NCBI GenBank assembly: GCA_002394385.1
Contig: DGTS01000011.1
Span: 60,722-124,721, forward strand
Direction of reading: 5' to 3'
Length of the DNA: 64,000 nucleotides
Source of the DNA: Prevotella sp. UBA4330
Lineage (GTDB): Bacteria > Bacteroidota > Bacteroidia > Bacteroidales > Bacteroidaceae
Part shown: in pieces, positions 18,123-27,841 of the stretch
Layout: each line of letters begins with the position of its first letter
Numbering within the stretch: position 1 is the stretch's first letter
Translations under genes and position numbers: made by a program
Notes under the pieces: generated by a model
What the model was told of the DNA's origin: nothing
What the model saw: only the letters and a program-made list of their open reading frames with translations
Databases searched by the model: none

Positions 18123-18153
18123 TTTGTTATTCACTCGTTTTTACGTAACTTTG
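18123..18153 (+). promoter_or_regulatory. Bacteroidota sigmaA-type promoter of the thr operon
   Basis: TTTG (18123-18126), 19 nt, TAACTTTG (18146-18153). A second TAACTTTG lies at 18061. Confidence 0.7.
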
Positions 18154-18220
18154 TCGCCGATTTAACTGTGGAGAACCCTCATCCGTTAGAGGGCCCCGAC
18201 TTAATGAAGTAAACAAAGAA

Positions 18221-20653
18221 ATGAAAGTAATGAAATTTGGCGGAACGTCTGTAGGTTCCGTGAAAAGTATTCTTAGCCTCCGGAATATTGTGGAAAGAGA
18301 GGCACGGCGTCAGCCTGTAGTAGTAGTGGTTAGCGCGCTTGGCGGCATTACCGACAAGTTGTTGCAAACGGCACAGTTGGCTCTCGATGGTGACGAGCGC
18401 TATAAAAGCGAGATGAAGGCTATTGCCGACCGCCATCACCAGATGATTGATACGATTATCAATGACCCTAAAACCCGCGAAGACTTATTCAACACCGTTG
18501 ACTCACTGCTGGAGCAGTTGGAGTCTATTTATAAAGGTGTGTTCCTGATACGCGACCTGAGCGAGAAGACTCAGAACGCCATCGTGTCATACGGTGAGCG
18601 ACTGAGTTCGCATATCGTTGCTGCGCTCATTAAAGGGGCAAAGCGGTACAACTCGCGCAAGTTCATACTCACCGAGCATAAGAACGGGCGTCACACGCTG
18701 ATGGCACAGAAGACGGAGCAACTGGTGAAGGAAACTCTCGCCGACATGCCGCGCGTGGCTGTTGTACCAGGCTTCATAAGCAGCGACATGGCCACAGGCG
18801 AGACGACCAACCTCGGCAGAGGAGGAAGCGACTACACAGCCGCCATTATTGCGGCTGCAATGGATGCCGAGATACTCGAGATATGGACAGACGTTGACGG
18901 CTTTATGACCGCCGACCCCAGAGTGATAAGAACCGCCTACACCATCAACGAACTGAGTTACACCGAGGCGATGGAACTTTGCAACTTCGGTGCCAAGGTG
19001 ATATATCCGCCTACTATTTATCCTGTATGTGTGAAGAATATCCCCATCAGGGTGAAGAACACATTCAACCCCTCGTTTGCTGGCACACTGATAAAAGACA
19101 AGATAGAGAACGACCGCAAGCCTATTAAAGGTATTTCGAGCATCTCGGGCACGTCGCTTATCACGGTGTCTGGTCTCTCGATGGTGGGTGTCATCGGTGT
19201 TAACCGCCGCATATTCACCGCCCTTGCAGACAATGGCATCTCGGTGTTCATCGTTTCGCAGGCATCATCGGAGAACTCCACGAGTATCGGTGTGCGCGAC
19301 GATGATGCCGACTCAGCTGTTAATGTGCTCAATGAGGAGTTTGCCAAGGAGATAGCCACCGGCGCAATGTTCCCCATGCATGCCGAGAGCGGTCTTGCAA
19401 CAATAGCAATAGTTGGCGAGAACATGAAGCACACCCCAGGTATCGCTGGAAAACTGTTCGGCACTCTCGGACGTAGCGGTATCTCGGTAATTGCATGTGC
19501 GCAGGGTGCTTCGGAGACCAACATCTCGTTTGTTGTTGACGGCAAGTTCCTTCGCAAGAGTCTTAACGTGCTGCACGACTCGTTCTTCCTCTCCGAATAT
19601 ACGGTGCTGAACCTGTTTGTTTGCGGAACGGGAACAGTGGGCGGCAAACTGCTTGAGCAGATACGTCTGCAACAGGAGGAACTGAAGCGCACACGACGGT
19701 TGAAACTGAACGTCGTGGGCATCATGAGTTCTAAATACGGAATGTTCACACGCGACGGCATCGACCTTGAGAACTATCGCGAAGAACTGCGCCAGCACCC
19801 CGCAACGATGGAACAGATAAGAGAAGAGGTTCTCGGAATGAACATCTTCAACTCTGTGTTCGTTGACTGTACGGCAAGCCGCGAGGTGGCTTCGCTCTAT
19901 CAGACATTCCTCGAGCACAACATCAGCGTCATTGCTGCCAACAAGATTGCTGCATCTTCAGAATATGAGAACTACGAAAGGCTGAAGGCCACGGCACTTC
20001 AACGCGGTGTAAAGTTCCGCTTTGAGACCAATGTGGGTGCCGGTCTTCCCATTATCGGAACCATCAACGACCTGCGCAACTCTGGCGACAAGATACTGAA
20101 GATTGAGGCTGTGCTGAGCGGAACGCTCAACTTCATCTTCAACACTATTTCTAAGGATGTTCCTTTCTCAGAGACTGTTCGCAGAGCAAAGGAGGAAGGC
20201 TATTCAGAACCAGACCCGAGAATAGACCTCAGCGGTATGGATGTCGTGAGGAAACTGGTTATACTTACCCGTGAGGCAGGTTACAAGATTGAGCAGGACG
20301 ATGTGGAGAAACATCTCTTTGTGCCAGACAAATACTTCGAGGGAAGTATCGACAACTTCTGGAAACATCTGCCCGAACTTGACGCCGACTTCGAGAGCCG
20401 CCGCGCAAGACTTGAGTCTGAAGGCAAGCGGTGGCGCTTTGTTGCCACGATGGAGAACGGCAAGGCTCGCGTCGAACTACAGGAGATTGAGCGTCAGCAT
20501 CCTTTCTACGGGCTCGAAGGCTCTAACAACATTGTGATGCTCACCACCGAGCGTTACCGCGAGTACCCCATGCTCATACAAGGCTACGGAGCAGGCGCGA
20601 GCGTGACGGCAGCCGGAGTGTTCGCTAACATCATGTCTATTGCAAATATATAA
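18221..20653 (+). CDS. thrA: Bifunctional aspartate kinase / homoserine dehydrogenase I
   Basis: MKFGGTSV, LGRGGSDY, WTDVDG, two ACT domains, GTGTVG, FETNVGAGLP, GYSEPDP. Confidence 0.98.
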   Translation: MKVMKFGGTSVGSVKSILSLRNIVEREARRQPVVVVVSALGGITDKLLQTAQLALDGDERYKSEMKAIADRHHQMIDTIINDPKTREDLFNTVDSLLEQLESIYKGVFLIRDLSEKTQNAIVSYGERLSSHIVAALIKGAKRYNSRKFILTEHKNGRHTLMAQKTEQLVKETLADMPRVAVVPGFISSDMATGETTNLGRGGSDYTAAIIAAAMDAEILEIWTDVDGFMTADPRVIRTAYTINELSYTEAMELCNFGAKVIYPPTIYPVCVKNIPIRVKNTFNPSFAGTLIKDKIENDRKPIKGISSISGTSLITVSGLSMVGVIGVNRRIFTALADNGISVFIVSQASSENSTSIGVRDDDADSAVNVLNEEFAKEIATGAMFPMHAESGLATIAIVGENMKHTPGIAGKLFGTLGRSGISVIACAQGASETNISFVVDGKFLRKSLNVLHDSFFLSEYTVLNLFVCGTGTVGGKLLEQIRLQQEELKRTRRLKLNVVGIMSSKYGMFTRDGIDLENYREELRQHPATMEQIREEVLGMNIFNSVFVDCTASREVASLYQTFLEHNISVIAANKIAASSEYENYERLKATALQRGVKFRFETNVGAGLPIIGTINDLRNSGDKILKIEAVLSGTLNFIFNTISKDVPFSETVRRAKEEGYSEPDPRIDLSGMDVVRKLVILTREAGYKIEQDDVEKHLFVPDKYFEGSIDNFWKHLPELDADFESRRARLESEGKRWRFVATMENGKARVELQEIERQHPFYGLEGSNNIVMLTTERYREYPMLIQGYGAGASVTAAGVFANIMSIANI

Positions 20654-20654
20654 T

Positions 20655-20790
20655 AGTTGATGAGTTGATAAGTTGGTGAGTTAATGAGTTGGTGAGTTAA
20701 TAAGTTGATAAGTTGACGAGTTAATAGTTTACAAGACATGACAGCAAGTAACTTGTTTACTTGTTAACTTGTCAACTAGTCAACTAAAAA
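20655..20790. repeat. Inverted array of 8-nt AGTTGAYR-type repeats
   Basis: The left arm has AGTTGATG/AGTTGGTG/AGTTGACG units and the right arm CTTGTTTA/CTTGTCAA units, ending TCAACTAAAAA. Confidence 0.75.
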
Positions 20791-20800
20791 GAATAATGAT

Positions 20801-22051
20801 ATGAAACATATTATAATATTAGGTGACGGAATGGCCGATCATCCTGTGGAAAGAATAGGAGGCAAGACCCTGTTGCAGTATGCTGACAAGCCATACATGG
20901 ATATGCTCGCGCGCAAGGGAAAAACGGGAAGGTTAATAACTGTTCCCGAGGGTTTCCCACCGGGAAGCGAAGTCGCCAACACCGCAATAATGGGCTACGA
21001 CCTCAACAAGGTATATGAGGGAAGAGGACCATTAGAGGCTGCAAGCATAGGATATGAAATGGCTGAGGATGATTTTGCCATACGCTGTAACATCATCACC
21101 CTTGAGGACGGAAAGATAATCACTCATAACGGCGGCAACCTTGAAACAGAAGATGCCGATGTGCTTATCAAGTATCTTGACGAGCATCTCGGATCTGACA
21201 AGGTGAAGTTCATCACTGGCATTCAGTACCGCCATCTGCTCGTAATAAAAGGAGGGAGCAAGCACATCGTTTGCAACCCGCCACACGACCATCCCAACGA
21301 GGAGTGGAGACCGCTGCTCGTTACGGCTGAGCCAGGATGGGAGAACAAGAGGGAGGAAGGCACCACGAGAATGACAGGACAAGAGACTGCCGACCTTATA
21401 AACGACCTCATACTGAAATCGCAAGAACTGCTGGCGAAACATCCATACAACCAGAAGAAAGCAGCCGAGGGAAAACGTCAGGCCAACAGCATCTGGCCCT
21501 GGAGCGGAGGCTACCGACCATCAATGCAGACGCTGATGCAACTTTACCCACAAGTGAAGACTGGTTCTGTAATTTCGGCTGTGGACCTTATTCGCGGCAT
21601 AGGTCACTATGCTGGGTTGGATATCATCGAGGTGGAAGGAGCGACAGGACTTGCAGACACCAACTATGAGGGCAAAGCAGCGGCAGCCATCGAGGCACTG
21701 AAGAAACAGGACTTCGTCTTCGTTCATGTCGAGGCGACCGACGAGGCAGGTCATGACGGCGACCTCGAACTGAAACTGCGTGCCATAAACTACCTCGACC
21801 ACCGACTCATCGAGCCTATTTATAACGAAGTGCGCACATGGGATGAGCCCGTTTGCATAGCGATACTGCCCGACCACCCCACCCCGGTGGAAATGCGCAT
21901 CCACGTCAACGAGCCAGTACCATTCATCATATATTATAAAGGTATAGAGCCCGACAGCGTTCAGAGTTACGACGAGGTAAGCGTTGTTGGCGGCGAATAT
22001 GGCCTGCTGCGCCTCAATCAATTCATGGAAACCCTCATGAGCATCGTTTAA
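20801..22051 (+). CDS. apgM: Cofactor-independent phosphoglycerate mutase family protein (proposed homoserine kinase)
   Basis: ILGDGMAD, PGSEVAN, GRGPLEA, HVEATDEAGHDG, PDHPTP. It lies between thrA and thrC. Confidence 0.9.
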   Translation: MKHIIILGDGMADHPVERIGGKTLLQYADKPYMDMLARKGKTGRLITVPEGFPPGSEVANTAIMGYDLNKVYEGRGPLEAASIGYEMAEDDFAIRCNIITLEDGKIITHNGGNLETEDADVLIKYLDEHLGSDKVKFITGIQYRHLLVIKGGSKHIVCNPPHDHPNEEWRPLLVTAEPGWENKREEGTTRMTGQETADLINDLILKSQELLAKHPYNQKKAAEGKRQANSIWPWSGGYRPSMQTLMQLYPQVKTGSVISAVDLIRGIGHYAGLDIIEVEGATGLADTNYEGKAAAAIEALKKQDFVFVHVEATDEAGHDGDLELKLRAINYLDHRLIEPIYNEVRTWDEPVCIAILPDHPTPVEMRIHVNEPVPFIIYYKGIEPDSVQSYDEVSVVGGEYGLLRLNQFMETLMSIV

Positions 22052-22069
22052 CACCCATCACCCAAGAAT

Positions 22070-23374
22070 ATGTTATATTACAGTACAAATAAGAAAGCAC
22101 CACTCGCAACATTAGAGAAAGCAGTGGTGAAAGGACTGGCAGAAGACCGCGGACTCTATATGCCCGAGCGCATCAAGCAACTGCCACAAGAGTTTTTCGA
22201 CAACATCGACAAGATGTCATTCCAAGAGATAGCATACACCGTTGCCGATGCTTTCTTCGGAGAGGATGTCGAGCCAGAGTCGCTTCGCAAGATAGTATAT
22301 GACACGCTGGCTTTCGACTGCCCCGTGGTTAATGTCACGGGAAACATCTACTCGTTGGAACTATTCCACGGACCGACACTTGCCTTCAAGGATGTAGGCG
22401 CCAGGTTTATGGCTCGTCTGCTGCAATATTTCCTGAAGAAAGAGGGCAATGCCAACGAGGTTAATGTGCTCGTAGCCACGAGTGGCGACACGGGGTCGGC
22501 AGTAGCCAACGGTTTCCTCGGTGTTGACGGCATTCATGTGTATGTGCTCTACCCCAAAGGGAAGGTAAGCAAGATACAGGAAAGCCAGTTCACCACACTC
22601 GGCAAGAACATCACAGCAATAGAGGTTGACGGAGTGTTCGACGACTGCCAAGCGTTGGTTAAGAGCGCCTTCATGGACGAGGAACTGAACAATAAGATGA
22701 AGTTGACCTCTGCCAACAGCATCAATGTGGCACGATTCCTGCCGCAGGCATTCTACTACTTCAATGCATACGCACGGATGAAGGCACTCGGAAAGGCCGA
22801 CAACCTCGTGATATGCGTGCCCAGTGGCAACTTCGGAAACATCACCGCAGCACTGTTCGGCGCGCGCATGGGACTGCCCGTCAGGCGTTTCATTGCGGCA
22901 AACAATGCCAACGACATCGTTTACAACTACCTGAAGTCCGGCGAATACAACCCGAAGCCGAGCATACAGACCATAGCAAATGCAATGGACGTGGGCGACC
23001 CGTCGAACTTCGCACGCATACTCGACCTCTACGGCAACAGCCATGAGCGGATAGCATCGCACATGTCGGGAGCGACATACCGTGACGACGAAATTCGACG
23101 AACGATGAAAGAGTGCTACGAAACGAACAAGTACATCCTCGACCCGCACGGAGCATGCGGCTATCAGGCGCTGAAGGACTTGCTCGAAGAAGGCGAGTCG
23201 GGAGTGTTCTGCGAGACGGCACATCCAGCAAAATTCAAAGAGACGGTGGAGTCGGCAATAAATGCTGAAGTAGAAATCCCCGCCCGTCTGGCTGCCTTCA
23301 TGGAGGGCAAGAAGCAGAGCGTCAGCATGACAAAGGACTTCGCAGATTTCAAGAGTTATTTAATTGGCAAGTAA
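22070..23374 (+). CDS. thrC: Threonine synthase
   Basis: LELFHGPTLAFKD (PLP Lys), ATSGDTG, SANSINVARF, PSGNFGN, ETAHPAKF. Confidence 0.98.
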   Translation: MLYYSTNKKAPLATLEKAVVKGLAEDRGLYMPERIKQLPQEFFDNIDKMSFQEIAYTVADAFFGEDVEPESLRKIVYDTLAFDCPVVNVTGNIYSLELFHGPTLAFKDVGARFMARLLQYFLKKEGNANEVNVLVATSGDTGSAVANGFLGVDGIHVYVLYPKGKVSKIQESQFTTLGKNITAIEVDGVFDDCQALVKSAFMDEELNNKMKLTSANSINVARFLPQAFYYFNAYARMKALGKADNLVICVPSGNFGNITAALFGARMGLPVRRFIAANNANDIVYNYLKSGEYNPKPSIQTIANAMDVGDPSNFARILDLYGNSHERIASHMSGATYRDDEIRRTMKECYETNKYILDPHGACGYQALKDLLEEGESGVFCETAHPAKFKETVESAINAEVEIPARLAAFMEGKKQSVSMTKDFADFKSYLIGK

Positions 23375-23447
23375 CTCGTCCACTTGTCAACTAAAAAAAC
23401 CTTAAATAATTTGGAAGTTAAGCAATAAAGAAGTACTTTTGCAAAAG

Positions 23448-23657
23448 ATAAGGAGAAAAAGGTTGGCCGTATCGTATAGATCGGGATACTCATCAAATAA
23501 TACTGAAAACCGAGACGACTTCTCTTGTTGATGGCGGGCCATATAAAGTTCTCACGGACCTAAGCTGTAAAGCCGGTGGATTACAAAGACGGAGAGTCCT
23601 CAAATCATTTCACCTCGGAGTTTCATCACATCATCGGTACGGCCTTTTTCCCTTTTT
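23448..23657 (+). ncRNA. ssrS: 6S RNA-like / Bacteroidales-1-type RNA
   Basis: It has its own promoter (TTTG 23410-13, 20 nt, TACTTTTG 23434-41). The ~200-nt rod is closed by GGCCGTATCG...CGGTACGGCC and a T-tract. Internal motifs (AAAACCGAGACGAC, GTTGATGGCGGG, GCTGTAAAGCCGGTG, TTTCACCTCGGAG) match my recollection of Bacteroidales-1 RNA. Confidence 0.75.
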
Positions 23658-23678
23658 TTAATAACCTAAAATATCAAT

Positions 23679-24284
23679 ATGTTCAGCGGTATAATTGAAG
23701 CATTCGCCACTGTAGTGGCAATAGAGAAAGACAAGGAGAATGTCAACCTGACACTCACCTGCCCTTTCGTAAGTGAACTGAAAATAGACCAAAGCGTTGC
23801 CCACAATGGCGTTTGCCTTACGGTGGTTGAGATTAAGGACGGCAACTATGTCGTAACTGCCATGAAGGAAACCCTCGACCGCTCTAACCTCGGACTCCTG
23901 AAAGTGGGAGACAAGGTGAACGTGGAACGCTCGATGATGATTAACGGCAGGCTCGACGGGCACATCGTGCAGGGACACGTAGATACCACAGCCACATGCA
24001 TCGCAATGGAAGACGCGCAGGGAAGCACCTACTTCACCTTCCGTCACGAAAGCACGAAAGAGATGGTGGGCAGAGGCTACTTCACGGTTGACAAGGGCAG
24101 CGTGACGGTAAACGGCGTGTCTCTCACCGTATGCAACCCCACCAAAGACACGTTCCAGGTGGCTATCATACCATATACTATGGAGCACACCAACTTCTGC
24201 GACATCAAGATAGGGACTGTGGTCAATCTTGAGTTTGACGTCTTGGGGAAATACATCGCAAGAATGAGGTCGCTGGAGGAGTAA
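23679..24284 (+). CDS. ribE: Riboflavin synthase
   Basis: N-terminal MFSGII(E), SVAHNGVCLTV, VNVERS, GHIVQGHVD, KGSVTVNGVSLTV, VNLEFD. Confidence 0.96.
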   Translation: MFSGIIEAFATVVAIEKDKENVNLTLTCPFVSELKIDQSVAHNGVCLTVVEIKDGNYVVTAMKETLDRSNLGLLKVGDKVNVERSMMINGRLDGHIVQGHVDTTATCIAMEDAQGSTYFTFRHESTKEMVGRGYFTVDKGSVTVNGVSLTVCNPTKDTFQVAIIPYTMEHTNFCDIKIGTVVNLEFDVLGKYIARMRSLEE

Positions 24285-24316
24285 GACATATAATAACACC
24301 ATTGACTGCAATGCAT

Positions 24317-24344
24317 AAAAAGGTTGAACTATGTTCGACCTTTT
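24317..24344 (+). terminator. Intrinsic terminator after ribE
   Basis: Hairpin AAAAGGTTGAAC-TAT-GTTCGACCTTTT. Confidence 0.6.
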
Positions 24345-24505
24345 ATAATGTGCAATTATATGTTAAACATGGCATTTTCTATCGACAATTCGCTTTTTTG
24401 TCTCTACTAACCAAGCAGAGATATCTATTTAATTTGATTTCACCCGATTATTATTCTACCTTTGCAATCGGTTTATAGTGTAATTATAGAAACAAATAAT
24501 ACAAA

Positions 24506-25840
24506 ATGAAACTTAGAATCAAACTGTTTGCCCTCATGTTATGCGGCATTTTCAGCACTGCATGGGCACAAGAAACAAAGCAATGGACTCTTCAGGAATG
24601 CATCGATTATGCTCTGGAGAACAACATACAGTTAAAGAAAAACAGCATCAAGAAACGTAGTTCGCACGAAGACGTGCTGCAGTCGCAAGCCGACCTGCTG
24701 CCATCGCTCAGTGCCTCCACATCACAAAGCGTCACCTACAGCCCATGGCCAGAGACGGGACGCGCTACAGTGGCAAACGGCTATGTCCAGACTTCAGTTG
24801 ACAAAGTTTTCTACAACGGCTCTTACGGAGTGAACGCCAACTGGACCGTGTGGAACGGTGGACGCAACACCAACACCATCAAACTGAACAAGATGAACGA
24901 ACAGATGGCAGAACTCGACTCTGCCATCACGGCAAACAATATTCAAGAGCAGATTGTTCAACTCTATGTGCAGATAATCTACAGCAACGAAGCAATAGGA
25001 GTGAACAAGGAAAACCTGGAGACATGCAAGAAAAACGAGGAACGCGGCAAGACGATGGTTGAAGTGGGAAAGATGAGCAAGGCTGACCTCGCACAACTTA
25101 CCGCACAGCGGGCACAGGCAGAATATAACGTCGTGGAGGCTGAGACGAACGTCAAGAACTACAAGAGACAACTGAAACAGTTGCTGCAACTCACCGACGT
25201 TTCTTTCGACGTGGCTATACCTGAAGCGACGGACGAGATGGCCCTGCAAGAAATTCCCGCACTCAACACCATCTACCAGCAGGCACTTGACAACCGCCCA
25301 GAGATAAGAAACGCCATGCTTGGCATTGAAAGCAGCGATGTCAGCATCAGTCTTGCCAAAGCACAACGCATGCCTACCGTCGGACTTAACGCAAGCGCCG
25401 TGACAAACACCACGTCGATGAGCGACAATGCGTGGGGAACGCAGTTGAAGACCAACTTCAACCTCGGTGCAGGTGTGTCTGTGAGTGTTCCGTTATTCGA
25501 CAACCGCCAGACAAAGACCGCGGTCAATAAGGCGATGCTGCAGAAACAGAGTTATCAACTCGACTTGGAAAACGAGCGCACCAACCTATACAGCACGATA
25601 GAGAACTACTGGCTGCAGGCAGAGACAAACCAAAGCCGGTTTAAGGCTGCCAAGGTGAGTACAGAGAGCGCGCAGGCCAGTTTCGACCTCCTGCAAGAGC
25701 AGTTCCGCCTCGGACTGAAAAACATCATCGAACTGATGAACGGAAAGGATAACCTGCTGACCGCAAAACAAAACGAACTGCAAAGCAAGTATCTCACCAT
25801 CTTGAACATCGAGATGCTCAAGTTCTACGGAAAAGAATAA
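24506..25840 (+). CDS. TolC family outer-membrane efflux protein
   Basis: Signal peptide, WTLQECIDYALENN, duplicated OEP repeats, SVPLFD. First gene of the efflux operon. Confidence 0.9.
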   Translation: MKLRIKLFALMLCGIFSTAWAQETKQWTLQECIDYALENNIQLKKNSIKKRSSHEDVLQSQADLLPSLSASTSQSVTYSPWPETGRATVANGYVQTSVDKVFYNGSYGVNANWTVWNGGRNTNTIKLNKMNEQMAELDSAITANNIQEQIVQLYVQIIYSNEAIGVNKENLETCKKNEERGKTMVEVGKMSKADLAQLTAQRAQAEYNVVEAETNVKNYKRQLKQLLQLTDVSFDVAIPEATDEMALQEIPALNTIYQQALDNRPEIRNAMLGIESSDVSISLAKAQRMPTVGLNASAVTNTTSMSDNAWGTQLKTNFNLGAGVSVSVPLFDNRQTKTAVNKAMLQKQSYQLDLENERTNLYSTIENYWLQAETNQSRFKAAKVSTESAQASFDLLQEQFRLGLKNIIELMNGKDNLLTAKQNELQSKYLTILNIEMLKFYGKE

Positions 25841-25863
25841 TAAACACTAAACTCAAGATTAAC

Positions 25864-27039
25864 GTGAAAAGGATAAGCAAGATTTGGATATTACTTGGCA
25901 TTATCGCCATAGTTGCCATTGCTGTATGGCTCTTGTCTGGCAGCAAGAAGAAAGAAGAGGTTACATTCAAGACAGAGAAGGTGGCTCCTGCGAACATTCA
26001 GAACAGCATCACTGCCACCGGAACCATTGAGCCGGTGACCTCTGTCACCGTGGGTACCCAGGTGAGCGGCATTGTGAGCAAACTATATGTTGACTACAAC
26101 AGCGTGGTTCGCAAAGGACAGGTGATTGCCGAACTCGACCGCACCAACCTCCTGAGCGAACTGAACACTGCAAAGGCAAATCTCAGCAGTGCACAGAGTT
26201 CGCTGAACTATCAGCAGGCAAACCTCAACAGATACAGCGAACTGTACAAGAAAGGACTAGTGAGCGCCGATGACTATGAGGCGGCACAACTGTCTTACAG
26301 ACAATCGAAGGAGCAGGTGGCAACGGCAAACGAGAGCGTAAGGAGAGCGCAGACAAATCTCGGATACGCCACCATCACCTCCCCTATCGATGGCGTCGTG
26401 CTGTCGAAGTCGGTTGAGGAAGGCCAGACTGTGGCTGCATCGTTCAACACCCCCGAACTCTTCAAGATAGCGCAAGACCTGACGAACATGCGCGTGGTGG
26501 CAGATGTTGACGAGGCAGACATAGGCGACGTGAAAGAAGGCGAGCGTGTAACCTTCACCGTTGACGCTTATCCCGACGACACCTTTGAGGGCTCGGTGAC
26601 ACAAGTGCGCCAGGAAGCAACGACAACAAACAACGTAGTCACCTATGAGGTGGTAATCAGTGCGCCAAATGCCCAACTCAAACTGAAGCCAGGGCTCACC
26701 GCAAGCGTTACTATCTACACCGCAGAGAAGACCGGAGTGCTGAGCGTACCGAGTAAGGCACTGAGATTCACGCCGACCAAGGAAACCGTGGGCAACAAGA
26801 AGATTGTTGACTGCAACGGCAACAACAAAGTGTGGATTTTGGCCGGAAACGAGATTAAGGCCGTGCCCGTCAGCATCGGCATGACTGACGGCACCCACAC
26901 ACAGATAATGAGCGGACTGAAAGAAGGACAGGAGATTATCACCGAACTGGAAGTAATCAACGAGGAAACCGATGCTGCCGACAATCAGGAGCGCAGCCCG
27001 CTGGCACCAGGCCCCAGAAGGAATAACAAGAAAAAGTAG
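25864..27039 (+). CDS. Periplasmic adaptor / membrane fusion protein (MacA-like)
   Basis: N-terminal anchor, ATGTIEP, VGTQVSG, ITSPIDGVV, DVDEADIG, LKPGLTA. Confidence 0.92.
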   Translation: MKRISKIWILLGIIAIVAIAVWLLSGSKKKEEVTFKTEKVAPANIQNSITATGTIEPVTSVTVGTQVSGIVSKLYVDYNSVVRKGQVIAELDRTNLLSELNTAKANLSSAQSSLNYQQANLNRYSELYKKGLVSADDYEAAQLSYRQSKEQVATANESVRRAQTNLGYATITSPIDGVVLSKSVEEGQTVAASFNTPELFKIAQDLTNMRVVADVDEADIGDVKEGERVTFTVDAYPDDTFEGSVTQVRQEATTTNNVVTYEVVISAPNAQLKLKPGLTASVTIYTAEKTGVLSVPSKALRFTPTKETVGNKKIVDCNGNNKVWILAGNEIKAVPVSIGMTDGTHTQIMSGLKEGQEIITELEVINEETDAADNQERSPLAPGPRRNNKKK

Positions 27040-27047
27040 AGCAAATC

Positions 27048-27800
27048 ATGGACGATAGAAAAGTTGTCATCGAACTGCAAGACGTGAAACGGGACTTCCT
27101 CGTGGGAGAAGAGACGGTGCATGCCCTGCGCGGCGTGTCGTTCAAGATTTACGAAGGCGAATTCGTAACGATAATGGGAAAGTCGGGCTCGGGCAAGTCC
27201 ACCCTTCTCAACCAACTCGGATGTCTCGACACGCCAACGAGCGGCGAGTATCTGCTCGACGGAGTGGCCGTCCGCTCAATGTCGAAAAGCCAAAGGGCGG
27301 TGCTTAGGAACAGAAAGATAGGATTCATATTCCAGAACTACAACCTGCTTCCAAAGACAACATCTGTAGAGAATGTGGCCCTGCCGCTGATGTATAACTC
27401 GGAAGTGGGGGCTGACGAACGCAAGGACCGTGCCATCAAGGCTCTTCAGGCAGTGGGGCTTGGCGAGCGTCTTTATCATAAGAGCAACCAGATGTCGGGC
27501 GGACAGATGCAACGCGTGGCGATAGCACGTGCCTTGGTCAACGACCCCGCCGTGATTCTTGCAGACGAGGCAACGGGCAACCTCGACACCCGCACCTCTT
27601 TCGAGATTCTTGTTCTCTTCCAGAAACTGCACGCTGAAGGAAGAACCATCATCTTCGTGACCCACAATCCCGACATCGCCAACTATTCCAGCAGAAACAT
27701 CATGCTGCGAGACGGCAGAGTGATAAGCGACGAGGAGAACCACAACATCCTCTCGGCAGAGGAAGGACTGGCTGCGCTACCCGCTAACACAGACGAATAG
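27048..27800 (+). CDS. ABC transporter ATP-binding protein (MacB/LolD-type)
   Basis: GKSGSGKST, MSGGQMQRVAIARAL, ILADE, VTH. Confidence 0.95.
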   Translation: MDDRKVVIELQDVKRDFLVGEETVHALRGVSFKIYEGEFVTIMGKSGSGKSTLLNQLGCLDTPTSGEYLLDGVAVRSMSKSQRAVLRNRKIGFIFQNYNLLPKTTSVENVALPLMYNSEVGADERKDRAIKALQAVGLGERLYHKSNQMSGGQMQRVAIARALVNDPAVILADEATGNLDTRTSFEILVLFQKLHAEGRTIIFVTHNPDIANYSSRNIMLRDGRVISDEENHNILSAEEGLAALPANTDE

Positions 27801-27841
27801 AAACGTGCACATCACCCACCACCCATAACAACCTTTTAGTA

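Noticed and set aside
18160-18220. Threonine attenuator or T-box upstream of thrA
   Set aside because: There is no Thr-rich leader peptide or T-box motif, only a short CCCTC/GAGGG hairpin without a U-tract.
23448-23678. FMN riboswitch upstream of ribE
   Set aside because: It lacks the RFN consensus blocks (AGGGC-GGGTGAAATTCCC, AGCCCG, GAGCCGAC). The long closed rod with its own promoter and terminator fits a 6S/Bacteroidales-1 RNA instead.
24361-24420. LytTR binding direct repeats upstream of the TolC operon
   Set aside because: The candidate repeats (TCTATCGAC / TCTACTAAC) are poorly matched and 25 nt apart, which is not convincing.
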